Source: a virus (Duplodnaviria > Caudoviricetes). From it: a DNA stretch of 36,426 nucleotides. Under the pieces are notes generated by a model. That model was given only the letters and a program-made list of their open reading frames with translations. It made no database searches and was not told the origin of the DNA. The position numbers were made by a program, and so were the translations under genes. Below, piece by piece: positions 9,185-16,820 of the stretch. The stretch spans positions 1 through 36,426 of IMG/VR virus record IMGVR_UViG_3300032272_000044, one strand, 5' to 3'. How positions within the stretch are numbered: position 1 is the stretch's first letter; the number at the start of each line of letters is the position of its first letter.

Positions 9185-9377
9185 GTATCTGGTTGTCGAT
9201 GTGCCGGAGGAGCTGCGCGACCCTTGCCTGGTCGAGCCTCGGCCTTATGAGAGTATCGCTGACGTGGGGCTGATCTTAACAGACCATGTAGAATGCCTGG
9301 ACGTTTCCAACGGACGTATCCAGGCAATTGACGCTATCCTTACGGATGCAGAGCTGCGCGTTGCTGAGCCGCAGTAG
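9120..9377 (+). CDS. Rz1: Outer-membrane lipoprotein spanin (Rz1-like)
   Basis: Lipobox FLTAC, Pro-containing periplasmic part, overlaps the 3' end of Rz in another frame. Confidence 0.75.
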   Translation: MRFCLMLCAAFLTACSPKTLTEYLVVDVPEELRDPCLVEPRPYESIADVGLILTDHVECLDVSNGRIQAIDAILTDAELRVAEPQ

Positions 9378-9654
9378 TTTTCCGCTCTCGGTCCTCTGAC
9401 AGCAGTCCATCCACACGGTGGGCTATTTCTCCGATCATGCCTTGACCAGGCGTTCCCTTGCGGCCTCGGTATTTCCTCCAGACCTTAAGCATTTGCATGA
9501 CTGCCTTGCCTTGGCGGGCCAGTAGGTTGTTGTACGCCTGGCGGCATTGTGGATTGCAGTATGACTTACCGCGCTTTGTCTTATCGCCGCACCAATCACA
9601 GCGGCCTGGCTGGAGTGGCATGGGGCTCATGGGCTCTAGTCGCTCTCTACACAT
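9340..9654 (-). CDS. Zn-finger protein (CxxC...CxxxC)
   Basis: AGGAG RBS; CDWCG...YCNPQCRQAYNN. Confidence 0.7.
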   Translation of the reverse strand: MCRERLEPMSPMPLQPGRCDWCGDKTKRGKSYCNPQCRQAYNNLLARQGKAVMQMLKVWRKYRGRKGTPGQGMIGEIAHRVDGLLSEDRERKTTAAQQRAALHP

Positions 9655-9678
9655 GGCTTTTATCTCCTGGGGTATGTG

Positions 9679-9705
9679 AAAAAGGGAGCAAGTGACTTGC
9701 TCCCT
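9679..9705 (-). terminator. Rho-independent terminator of the leftward operon
   Basis: AGGGAGCAAG-tca-CTTGCTCCCT perfect 10-bp stem followed by TTTT on the minus strand. Confidence 0.7.
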
Positions 9706-9742
9706 CTATACTTAGCCAGTTTTGCGGTAGTTGCAACCCTTG

Positions 9743-10033
9743 TTATGAGGCGTCGCCAAAATTAAACCCTACTGCGTGGGGCTCTGCTGGCTTTGGTGGC
9801 TCATAGGCAGCCACCTGGGGGCCAAACACTGTGACCACAGCGCGGACGCGCGCGGCCTTCTCTTTCGCGGCTTCCAGGGCTTTGCCTTTTCCAAGGTCGG
9901 CTTTTTTAGAGCTGCCCTGAATATACTCAGTTATCGTCCTGGTCTCCGTCTGGTGGACTAGGGAAAAGATAGGTTCTTTTGAGTTCAGCTTCACCATTGG
10001 GGCCGCTGGGGTTTTGGTTTGCTCGTCGTTCAT
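9743..10033 (-). CDS. Hypothetical protein, 96 aa
   Basis: AAAGGA RBS; fills the operon. Confidence 0.7.
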   Translation of the reverse strand: MNDEQTKTPAAPMVKLNSKEPIFSLVHQTETRTITEYIQGSSKKADLGKGKALEAAKEKAARVRAVVTVFGPQVAAYEPPKPAEPHAVGFNFGDAS

Positions 10034-10481
10034 TGGTTTGTCCTTTCAGGTTTCGTTTTTCGTAGTTGGCTTTTACGCGGAGCATTTTGTGCCAACGCTT
10101 AAGTAGTCTCTTGGCCCTTTCTTCTGCTATCGGGCGTTTCCGTCGCTCCCTGGATTTAAGCCAGGCTGGAACGCTCAGGTTATCCTTGTCGTTATTGCAG
10201 TATCCGCACATCACGAAAAGGTTTGAGGGGTGATCTGTCCCGCCACGAGAGCGGGGCAGCAGGTGGTCAACGGAGGCTTGCAGTCTGCCGATCTGCTTAG
10301 GCGTCGTCCTCGGCGGGGGGCCATGATAGGCGTAATGCCTGGCAGAAAAGCTCTCCCAATATTCAAGCCCATAGAAAAACATTGGGGTGCCGCAGCAAGG
10401 GCATTCTGTTTCACCCTTATCGTAGCGCGCCTTTGCCATGTAGGTGCGTGTCCGCTTCCACCTCTCGCGTGCATCAATCAA
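9927..10481 (-). CDS. HNH endonuclease
   Basis: CPCCG...SVDHLLPRSRGGTDHPSNLFVMCGYCNNDK. Confidence 0.9.
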   Translation of the reverse strand: MIDARERWKRTRTYMAKARYDKGETECPCCGTPMFFYGLEYWESFSARHYAYHGPPPRTTPKQIGRLQASVDHLLPRSRGGTDHPSNLFVMCGYCNNDKDNLSVPAWLKSRERRKRPIAEERAKRLLKRWHKMLRVKANYEKRNLKGQTNERRANQNPSGPNGEAELKRTYLFPSPPDGDQDDN

Positions 10482-11364
10482 TCTCGCCTCTGTTCAGGTC
10501 GGCGCGTTTCGCCGTGGCATTGAGCTCCTTGCCGATGGGCTTGAGCTTGAGCTTGTCCTCGTCGGATAGCACGTTGTTGTAGTAGATTTTGAGCTGCTCC
10601 ATGCCTTCGTGCGCTATCTTCCTGGCTTTATCCCAGAGCTCTTTATCTGGCACCTCTATTTCGTCGCCCCTGGCCCAGGCTGCCAGAGCTTCACCAGCTG
10701 CGCGGTTAATGTGTTCACCTGGCAGGAAGGCCATGCGGTGCTGGTCCTGGACCTTGTTGGGCAGCGAGAGGTCCACAATGCCAGGTGCAAGCGGGTTCAT
10801 TGTGAGGCTGGCAGTCATTTCAAACATAAACCTCTTTTCCTGGATTGGCACCCAGCCCTGCGAGGTGACAATAATCTTGCCTCTGTCGTCGCGCTGGCTC
10901 ATATCAATTTTCTCATCGGCGCGGAGGCAGAAAATCAAATGCGTTCGGCACTGGAGAAACTTGTTCATCATCTTTTTGTGTCGCTGTTTGGGAATGAGCC
11001 AAGCCCCTGGCCCTTTGACGTTGGAGGCGTCGGCCATGTCCATAATGCCGCCCTCCCCGTCAAACTCGTGGCTCATACTATCGACCACGATAGCCTTAAA
11101 TCCTCGACCCTCCGCCTCCTTCACAACCTTTGTATAGCTCTCCGGCGTAAAGGGCGGGTGCATGTCTTCATGTTCAAAGTTGTAGCTGTCGGCATAGTGC
11201 AGCGCGCGGCTGGCCTCCGTGTCGATAACCTTGAATGGCTCATCTCCGCAAATACCGGCTGCAAGCTCCATTGCGGAGTATGTTTTACCCGAGCCGCTCG
11301 CCCCTGCCAGGGCGATAAGCAAACTGGTGTCCTTGCGGACTGCTTTTGTGTATTGAAAGCTCAT
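10474..11364 (-). CDS. Sak4-like AAA ATPase / ssDNA annealing protein
   Basis: Walker A GASGSGKT, VIDTE, Walker B IVVDSMSHEF, HLIFCLRA; adjacent to the exonuclease; ATGA overlap gives a start at 11364. Confidence 0.8.
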   Translation of the reverse strand: MSFQYTKAVRKDTSLLIALAGASGSGKTYSAMELAAGICGDEPFKVIDTEASRALHYADSYNFEHEDMHPPFTPESYTKVVKEAEGRGFKAIVVDSMSHEFDGEGGIMDMADASNVKGPGAWLIPKQRHKKMMNKFLQCRTHLIFCLRADEKIDMSQRDDRGKIIVTSQGWVPIQEKRFMFEMTASLTMNPLAPGIVDLSLPNKVQDQHRMAFLPGEHINRAAGEALAAWARGDEIEVPDKELWDKARKIAHEGMEQLKIYYNNVLSDEDKLKLKPIGKELNATAKRADLNRGEID

Positions 11365-12320
11365 TCCAAAACCTCCCCGTTCATTTCGCTTGGCAGCTGC
11401 CAGCCCTCTGGGGCCTGCCATTGACGGGCGAGCTCCAGGAGGTCGGCGCCATCATTCAAGGCCTCTTGCTCGGCGTCCTTCTCGGCTATGAGCTGACGCT
11501 CCAGCCATTCCGGGCATTCGAGTTTGACGGTCTTAGTTGGGTATCCTGGCCAGGTGTTGGTTGCCAGGCAGCGAGCCCAAATGAAGTTAGCCCGCTCTCG
11601 GCGCATCCTGGCATACTCCAGAAAAGTATTGTCGAGCTCGGCCACCAGGCCCAGGTGCGGCGCGTCTGTCTCCTGTACAGCGAAAAACTGGCGGGGCTTC
11701 TTACCGGTGTAGGCCTTGGCTCCAGCTGCATAGTGCGCGGCTGTGAGATACCAGCCAGCATTCGCGGCGTACCTGGAGAGCTCGCTGGGAGCGATAGATA
11801 CACCTGTTGTCTTGTAGTGAATGATCACGTTTTCGGCGTGGTGGTAGAAGTCTGGGCGGCAGCGGTGCGTCGTCCCCCCCTCGCGCCAGATTATGGTGCT
11901 TTCCCGCAGACAGTCTTTCAGCAGGTGTCCGATATCCTCGTTGTCTGAAAACTGGTCCAGGGCAGCGTTGGCCATAGCGTCAACGCGCGGCATGTTATCC
12001 TTGAGGATTGGCGTTTTCCCCTGGGCGTAGGCGTCGTCGCGCTGCTGCTTGGCTACGGTGGTGTTGAATGCCTTGGCGTCAATGACAACTATAGGCTCCC
12101 CCGAGCCGGTAAAGAGCGTGTGACAGGCAGAGCCCAGGTCAAACTTGCTGTCATTTTTATCCTGGGCAAATTTATTCAAGCGCTTTGTCTGCTCCCACAC
12201 CTTACGCGGGGCTGTTGAAAGCAGGTCGCGCACCAGGCTAGAGGTTAGCGAGGGCTCGGGTGCCGGGTCCGCGAGGTACGCAGTGAAGTCCATGTTTTGA
12301 ATGAGTGCTGGTAGTTTCAT
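11361..12320 (-). CDS. RecE/exonuclease VIII-like PD-(D/E)xK nuclease
   Basis: YLADP...SLTSS, FDLGSACH, E-x-x-I-I-W, RCRPDF, IIHYKTT, QFFAVQE..APH. Confidence 0.85.
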   Translation of the reverse strand: MKLPALIQNMDFTAYLADPAPEPSLTSSLVRDLLSTAPRKVWEQTKRLNKFAQDKNDSKFDLGSACHTLFTGSGEPIVVIDAKAFNTTVAKQQRDDAYAQGKTPILKDNMPRVDAMANAALDQFSDNEDIGHLLKDCLRESTIIWREGGTTHRCRPDFYHHAENVIIHYKTTGVSIAPSELSRYAANAGWYLTAAHYAAGAKAYTGKKPRQFFAVQETDAPHLGLVAELDNTFLEYARMRRERANFIWARCLATNTWPGYPTKTVKLECPEWLERQLIAEKDAEQEALNDGADLLELARQWQAPEGWQLPSEMNGEVLE

Positions 12321-12338
12321 TTGGGGTGTTTCCTTTTG

Positions 12339-12524
12339 CTATCGTTTTTCTGGAGAGCGGCGTTTTCCCTTCGCTCTCAGAGGCTTCCCGTCTGCTATGA
12401 GAACGAGCTTTTCCGCCAGGGCGTCGCGTATTGGCACGGTCCAGTTTTTGCGCTGCAACACAGTCTCCAGCAGCGCCTCCGCGTCCATCCTTCCATCGTA
12501 TTCCTTACCGTCCTGCCAGGCCAT
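12339..12524 (-). CDS. Hypothetical protein, 61 aa
   Basis: AAGGA RBS; contiguous in the operon. Confidence 0.6.
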   Translation of the reverse strand: MAWQDGKEYDGRMDAEALLETVLQRKNWTVPIRDALAEKLVLIADGKPLRAKGKRRSPEKR

Positions 12525-12732
12525 CGGCTATTTCCTTCTGTATTTTTCGTTTGGCGATTGTGAGGCCTGCCGCATCGTCTGCCAGCAGCATGTCCACAAG
12601 CGGGCCGCCTCGTCTGGCCTTCCAGGCTCCGCGCGCTTTCGAGCACTCAGGGCCGCAGAACTTTTGCCGCCTATCCTGGGGGATGAAAACGGCGTTGCAT
12701 TCGTGCCATGCGCAGCGCTTCTCCTCATCCAT
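12505..12732 (-). CDS. Zn-finger protein, 75 aa
   Basis: MDEEKRCAWHECNAVF...KFCGPEC...RRGG; AGGAG RBS. Confidence 0.65.
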   Translation of the reverse strand: MDEEKRCAWHECNAVFIPQDRRQKFCGPECSKARGAWKARRGGPLVDMLLADDAAGLTIAKRKIQKEIADGLAGR

Positions 12733-12985
12733 CTTTCGGCTCCTTTCCATTAACCTCCCCGACGATCTGCAAAACTGGTGTGAGTTTGCAGCCACAAAGC
12801 CCGGCCAGGGCCTGCATGGAGCGCTCCAGGTCGCGGCGTAGAACCTCTGCGGCGCTGTCGATGGTGTTGCCCTCGGCCATGCGTTCTGCCCGGCTCTCCA
12901 GCCAAAAAACGGCGTGAGCATTTTTGGCCATCTGCTCGGCGTGGTAGCTCATAGTGGCCAGGTTTGTGTCTGTTGGCAGTTTCAT
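12725..12985 (-). CDS. Hypothetical protein, 86 aa
   Basis: GGAGG RBS; ATGA coupling. Confidence 0.7.
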   Translation of the reverse strand: MKLPTDTNLATMSYHAEQMAKNAHAVFWLESRAERMAEGNTIDSAAEVLRRDLERSMQALAGLCGCKLTPVLQIVGEVNGKEPKDG

Positions 12986-13218
12986 TTTGCGCCTCCCTCT
13001 TTCATTTCTCGCATGATGTTTGCCAGGTGCTCATAGCGGCGTCGCCGCACGGTGTCCTCCTGGTAGTCTTGCTGTGTCCAGCGATCTTTATTTTGGAGCT
13101 GGTTCCAGTGCTGCCAGGCAATCGAGTGTTTGTCCTCGATCTCCTCCAGGGTGCGGCCCGCGCACTCGTCGCGGATATCCTGGGGAATGGCTGGGCGGTA
13201 TGGTTTCACGTCTGACAT
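12982..13218 (-). CDS. Hypothetical protein, 78 aa
   Basis: AGGAG RBS. Confidence 0.7.
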   Translation of the reverse strand: MSDVKPYRPAIPQDIRDECAGRTLEEIEDKHSIAWQHWNQLQNKDRWTQQDYQEDTVRRRRYEHLANIMREMKEGGAK

Positions 13219-13269
13219 GGGGTTCTCCTGGGGTGTGGTGGAGGGGCCTGGTCGGCCCCTCGCTGTAGC

Positions 13270-13692
13270 TTAGGGGTTAGCGGTCTCAAGGATACCTGCA
13301 TCAATCAGGCTTTCCCGCATCCGCGCATCCCATTTACCGGCATGGATGGCTGCGGCCCGCGTTCCGAAGACCTCATTCATCAACTGAACTTCCTGACGAA
13401 CAACGCACTTGCGGCCCGCAAACTGAATGCCTCCAGCTCCCGGCGTACCCACTCCAGCAATGCCGAAGCTGGCACCCAGCGCACAGGGGTTGCCACCAGA
13501 CACGGAGGGCGCGTAGGCGTCGCCTGTGTCATTGATCACGGCCTGCTGCGCCTGGCCCTGGAGTTGCCCCTGGAGCTGGCCTTGAATTTGGCCTTGCGCC
13601 TGGTGGTTTCCGTTGCGCCGGTCTCCGTTATCTCCTGCAAATGCGCCGGTAGCCATAACGAGGGCGAGAGCTGAGGTAATAAATAGTTTCAT
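13270..13692 (-). CDS. Exported protein with signal peptide and QGQ repeats
   Basis: MKLFITSALALVMATGAFA signal (AFA cleavage site); QAQGQIQGQLQGQLQGQAQQ; two Cys flanking a Gly-rich hairpin. Confidence 0.75.
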   Translation of the reverse strand: MKLFITSALALVMATGAFAGDNGDRRNGNHQAQGQIQGQLQGQLQGQAQQAVINDTGDAYAPSVSGGNPCALGASFGIAGVGTPGAGGIQFAGRKCVVRQEVQLMNEVFGTRAAAIHAGKWDARMRESLIDAGILETANP

Positions 13693-13782
13693 AAGTCTTT
13701 CCTTTCTGGGGTTTCCTGCCAGCTGGCAGACGAGCTAAAGCGCTCGGGAAGGAGCCCGGTTTCCCAGGCTCTAACCGGAGGG

Positions 13783-14058
13783 CTAGGCCGCGCAGCGCGG
13801 CAAGAAACAGTCTTCTATTTTTCCGGTCTCGCGGTTTATGTGGTTTTGGATACCAATGGCGTCGTGCATAAAATTGAACTTGTCAAAATCGTGCAGCATT
13901 CTGTCCAGGCGAAGCTCTGGGTTTCCGTTGCGCCCATTCGCCGCCATAAGGTCCATCATAAACGCGGCGCGATCTGTGGCGTATTTTCCACCAAAGTTCT
14001 CGTAGCGGTCCGCAATGTCTGCGGCTATCGCAAAGCTCTCATCATTAAAATCTACCAT
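13783..14058 (-). CDS. Conserved phage protein (DUF6874-like)
   Basis: MMDL..AN...L.LD...D.FNFMHD..GI..HINRETGKIEDCFLPR pattern, recalled from memory. Confidence 0.65.
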   Translation of the reverse strand: MVDFNDESFAIAADIADRYENFGGKYATDRAAFMMDLMAANGRNGNPELRLDRMLHDFDKFNFMHDAIGIQNHINRETGKIEDCFLPRCAA

Positions 14059-14070
14059 ATCGCTTTCCTT

Positions 14071-14319
14071 TCAGGCCGCGAGGGCCGGGTTGTGCGTGGT
14101 GTAATTGGAGGTAACGAGCGTGGAGACCTCCTGGCCTTTGTCAAACCACTGGTCAAAGTCATGGACGGTAGCGTGAACGCGGCCCCATTGGTTGCTGGCA
14201 TAATCAACCGCTGTGATGCGGAAGATTGCCGTGCTCTCGCTCTCGAACAAGTCCGAGATTGCCCAGGCTCCATACTGCTCCAGATAAACAACGGCTCCGG
14301 TTTTGCTGCATATTTTCAT
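14071..14319 (-). CDS. Hypothetical protein, 82 aa
   Basis: Purine-rich RBS; ATGA coupling. Confidence 0.65.
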   Translation of the reverse strand: MKICSKTGAVVYLEQYGAWAISDLFESESTAIFRITAVDYASNQWGRVHATVHDFDQWFDKGQEVSTLVTSNYTTHNPALAA

Positions 14320-14477
14320 ATCTTCCCCCTTCCTTGTTTATACTCGCGTGGTGTTGGGTTTTTAATCCATGTGGATTGCGCGAGCTCTCCGAGTTGTTCC
14401 CAGGTTTTCCGAGGCGCTCCGTCATGGTAATTCGGGCAGCGGTTAAGATCTTCCTGGTATGCTTGCTGTGCTGTCAT
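14316..14477 (-). CDS. First early gene, 53 aa
   Basis: AAAGGGAAG RBS just downstream of the leftward promoter; MTAQQAYQEDL... Confidence 0.65.
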   Translation of the reverse strand: MTAQQAYQEDLNRCPNYHDGAPRKTWEQLGELAQSTWIKNPTPREYKQGRGKI

Positions 14478-14508
14478 TTTTCTTCCCTTTCGCCTACTTG
14501 CAACCATG

Positions 14509-14537
14509 GTTTTAAAGAACACTGTTGCCAGGGTCAA
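14509..14537 (-). promoter_or_regulatory. Leftward sigma70-type early promoter
   Basis: Minus strand TTGACC-17 bp-TAAAAC in the AT-rich divergence point. Confidence 0.65.
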
Positions 14538-14552
14538 TACTATTTCGTAAAT

Positions 14553-14585
14553 ATTTAACAAATAATTGCAAAGGATTTAACAAAT
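14553..14585. promoter_or_regulatory. 11-bp direct repeat ATTTAACAAAT x2 (candidate operator)
   Basis: Copies at 14553-14563 and 14575-14585, 22-bp period. Confidence 0.5.
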
Positions 14586-14958
14586 GCCTGAAAAACAACC
14601 CGAAATCACAGACGATATGATCTTGGAATTGGCCCAAAAGATCAAATCTGAGGAGAATATACCGCTCACGGACGCCATGATAGCGGCGGAGGTGCGGCTC
14701 CAGCCAGCTCCCGAAATCAAGGATACGTTCGAGGTGCCTATAAAGGTTAAGCCTCGCGTTGCTGCCTGGATTATCAAGGAGTTTGGCGGCCATCCAGATT
14801 ACACGATTGAGGAGCGGCTTGGCGCGTTCCTGGGCCAGGTGCTCGGGCGGTCCAGGGTGCAGGCTATGCGATTTTCCGAGGATGCCCCGGACATAAAGAG
14901 TGACGGCGCGGTTTCGATGATGCGCCACAAGTTCCAGGAAAAAACAGGAGGCATGTAG
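14584..14958 (+). CDS. Hypothetical protein, 124 aa, first rightward gene (possible regulator)
   Basis: AAGGA RBS; occupies the cro-equivalent position. Confidence 0.7.
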   Translation: MPEKQPEITDDMILELAQKIKSEENIPLTDAMIAAEVRLQPAPEIKDTFEVPIKVKPRVAAWIIKEFGGHPDYTIEERLGAFLGQVLGRSRVQAMRFSEDAPDIKSDGAVSMMRHKFQEKTGGM

Positions 14959-14959
14959 C

Positions 14960-15202
14960 ATGTCCGATACCACACCCCTAGACGAACGGATGAGGCTCTA
15001 CAAAAAAGGGCAGCTGACCTGGCCAGAGCCTAAGCTCGGCAAATATTGCGACGCTTGCCGGTTTTACTACATCGACAACGCGGCTGGAGATAAGGGGCGG
15101 TGTGATCTGGTTTATCTTCACACCAAATCCAGGGGTGTCCTGTTTCGCGGGCCAGACGCAACGGCCTGCTCTAAATTCGAGGCCGGTAAATTCGGAGGAT
15201 AA
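14960..15202 (+). CDS. Four-Cys small protein
   Basis: GGAGG RBS; CDAC...GRC...ACSKFE. Confidence 0.7.
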   Translation: MSDTTPLDERMRLYKKGQLTWPEPKLGKYCDACRFYYIDNAAGDKGRCDLVYLHTKSRGVLFRGPDATACSKFEAGKFGG

Positions 15203-15203
15203 T

Positions 15204-15401
15204 ATGCACCTATCTATTTTCAACACACAGCCTCTCATTCCAGCGGAGCCACTGCTTGCTGGTGCGGCCATCAAGGTTATGCTGGCAGGCGGCACCAAGA
15301 TTACCCTGGACCAGGCGCGGCGCGGCTCGGGGCTCTCCAAATTTCTCTGGCTTAAGCACCAGGACGAAATCCTTGAAATGGTCAAAGCCCTGGAGGAATA
15401 G
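15204..15401 (+). CDS. Hypothetical protein, 65 aa
   Basis: GGAGG RBS before the ATG at 15204. Confidence 0.6.
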   Translation: MHLSIFNTQPLIPAEPLLAGAAIKVMLAGGTKITLDQARRGSGLSKFLWLKHQDEILEMVKALEE

Positions 15402-15404
15402 TTC

Positions 15405-16217
15405 ATGCGGGATTTTGGGAAGATAGCCACAACGCTGTGGCGCTCGAAGCGCTGGCGGAAGGTGGCGGACCCGTTTCACAGGCTGGTTTATATGTATCTC
15501 CACACGTCGCCGCACGGTAACAGCGTGGGGGCGTTCGTTGTTCCTCCCGAGCTTGCGGCGCTCGACATGAAAGCAGACAGCTCCCTGGTGTCGGAGGCTT
15601 ACATCAAGCTCCAGGAGGTCGGACTTATTCGATACGACGACAGCGAGGAGCTGGTGCAGATCGTCGGCTTTTTCCAGTACAACAGTTTCACGAGCCGCAA
15701 GCATTCGGCGGGGTCGATGAAAGTTTTTTTCTCGCTTCCTGATTGTCCTCTCAAGGAGCGTGTGGCTGTCGATATAGCGGTTTCGATGTACCAGCGCGCC
15801 ATGACCTGGGGCATTGATGTTGACGCGCGCGGAGCGTTCCTGAACGACGCCTCCAACCTGGTTAAGTCTCGCAAGCTGGAGCCTCTTTTCGACCCAGACG
15901 AAATAGGGCTATCCATAGAGCTATTGATAGAGCTATCGGAACACCTATTGATAGACCTACCGATACTACAGAGACAGAGACAGAGACAGAAACAGAGACT
16001 AAAGACAGAGACAGAGACAGAGACCCAGACAGAGACAGAGACTGCGCAAATCGGTGAAGATTTTGCACCCGCCCCTTCCTCCTTGCCTGCAAAGGGCAGT
16101 CAGTCGGGGCTTGGAGGAGGGAAGAAAGTACCCCCTGATGTAGCGGATAAGATCGCCAGTTTAAGCGAGGCAGCTAAAAAATCGACACAGACCCCTAAAA
16201 AATCGTCGGCACGATAG
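15405..16217 (+). CDS. Replication initiator (lambda O-like organisation, N-terminal winged helix)
   Basis: MRDFGKIATTLW...LVYMYLHTSPHGNSVGAF...LQEVGLIRYD; internal tandem repeats followed by a TETETE tract. Confidence 0.75.
   Translation: MRDFGKIATTLWRSKRWRKVADPFHRLVYMYLHTSPHGNSVGAFVVPPELAALDMKADSSLVSEAYIKLQEVGLIRYDDSEELVQIVGFFQYNSFTSRKHSAGSMKVFFSLPDCPLKERVAVDIAVSMYQRAMTWGIDVDARGAFLNDASNLVKSRKLEPLFDPDEIGLSIELLIELSEHLLIDLPILQRQRQRQKQRLKTETETETQTETETAQIGEDFAPAPSSLPAKGSQSGLGGGKKVPPDVADKIASLSEAAKKSTQTPKKSSAR
15909..15968. repeat. Five 12-bp tandem iterons (putative replication origin)
   Basis: CTATCCATAGAG / CTATTGATAGAG / CTATCGGAACAC / CTATTGATAGAC / CTACCGATACTA; palindromic core CTAT-NN-ATAG. 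Confidence 0.7.
15969..16042 (+). repeat. (CAGAGA)n purine-rich microsatellite
   Basis: About 12 hexamer units encoding QRQRQRQKQR, then TETETETQTETET. Confidence 0.9.
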
Positions 16218-16295
16218 GGGAACGTGGTTTCAAGCAGGGGTATATGCCTAAAGGGGGCTTCCGGCTCTCAGCGGGCAAATTTGAAAGGGGTTAAA

Positions 16296-16820
16296 ATGGC
16301 CACAAAAGGCACTCACGCACTCACAAACATAGCCGATGTAAGGCAGGAAATAGACGCTTACTTCGAGGGGCTCACAAGATATTCGTGGCAAAAGATTTGG
16401 AACCCACAGGCCCGAAGCGAAAAGGGAGAGCTCGGAGATTGGGATTTGAAGGAGATGCCAGACGGGGAGGACATGCCAGGCATTGCAGGTTTGAGCTATC
16501 ACCTGGGGATAAACAGGCGAACATTCCTCAATTGGTGTGACCGCGCAAAGGATGAGACAGAGCCGGATTGGGTACGAGAAATTGCCCGCGAGCTAATACG
16601 CGCGAAGTCACGCATTGAAATGTACCAGGAGCAGGGGCTCTTTGATAAAACCAGACACCGGGGCTCAATGTTTAGTCTGTCAGTCAACTATAAGTGGCGC
16701 GACGGAGAGGAAACCGAGCGCGGCAAGGGGGAGGCTTTCGTTATGAATATCATTCCACCTGCTGAGGTCTCGAATGAAACGCTAGCAATTCCCAAATGGG
16801 AACCAACGGAGGACGAATAG
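16296..16820 (+). CDS. terS: Terminase small subunit (P22 gp3-like DNA packaging protein)
   Basis: IDAYFE...PGIAGLSYHLGINRRTFLNW...RAKSRIE...GSMFSLSVNYKWRD; RBS GAAAGGGG. Confidence 0.8.
   Translation: MATKGTHALTNIADVRQEIDAYFEGLTRYSWQKIWNPQARSEKGELGDWDLKEMPDGEDMPGIAGLSYHLGINRRTFLNWCDRAKDETEPDWVREIARELIRAKSRIEMYQEQGLFDKTRHRGSMFSLSVNYKWRDGEETERGKGEAFVMNIIPPAEVSNETLAIPKWEPTEDE

Noticed and set aside
15909-16042. CRISPR-like array
   Set aside because: The repeats are 6-12 bp, tandem, have no spacers and lie inside a coding gene.
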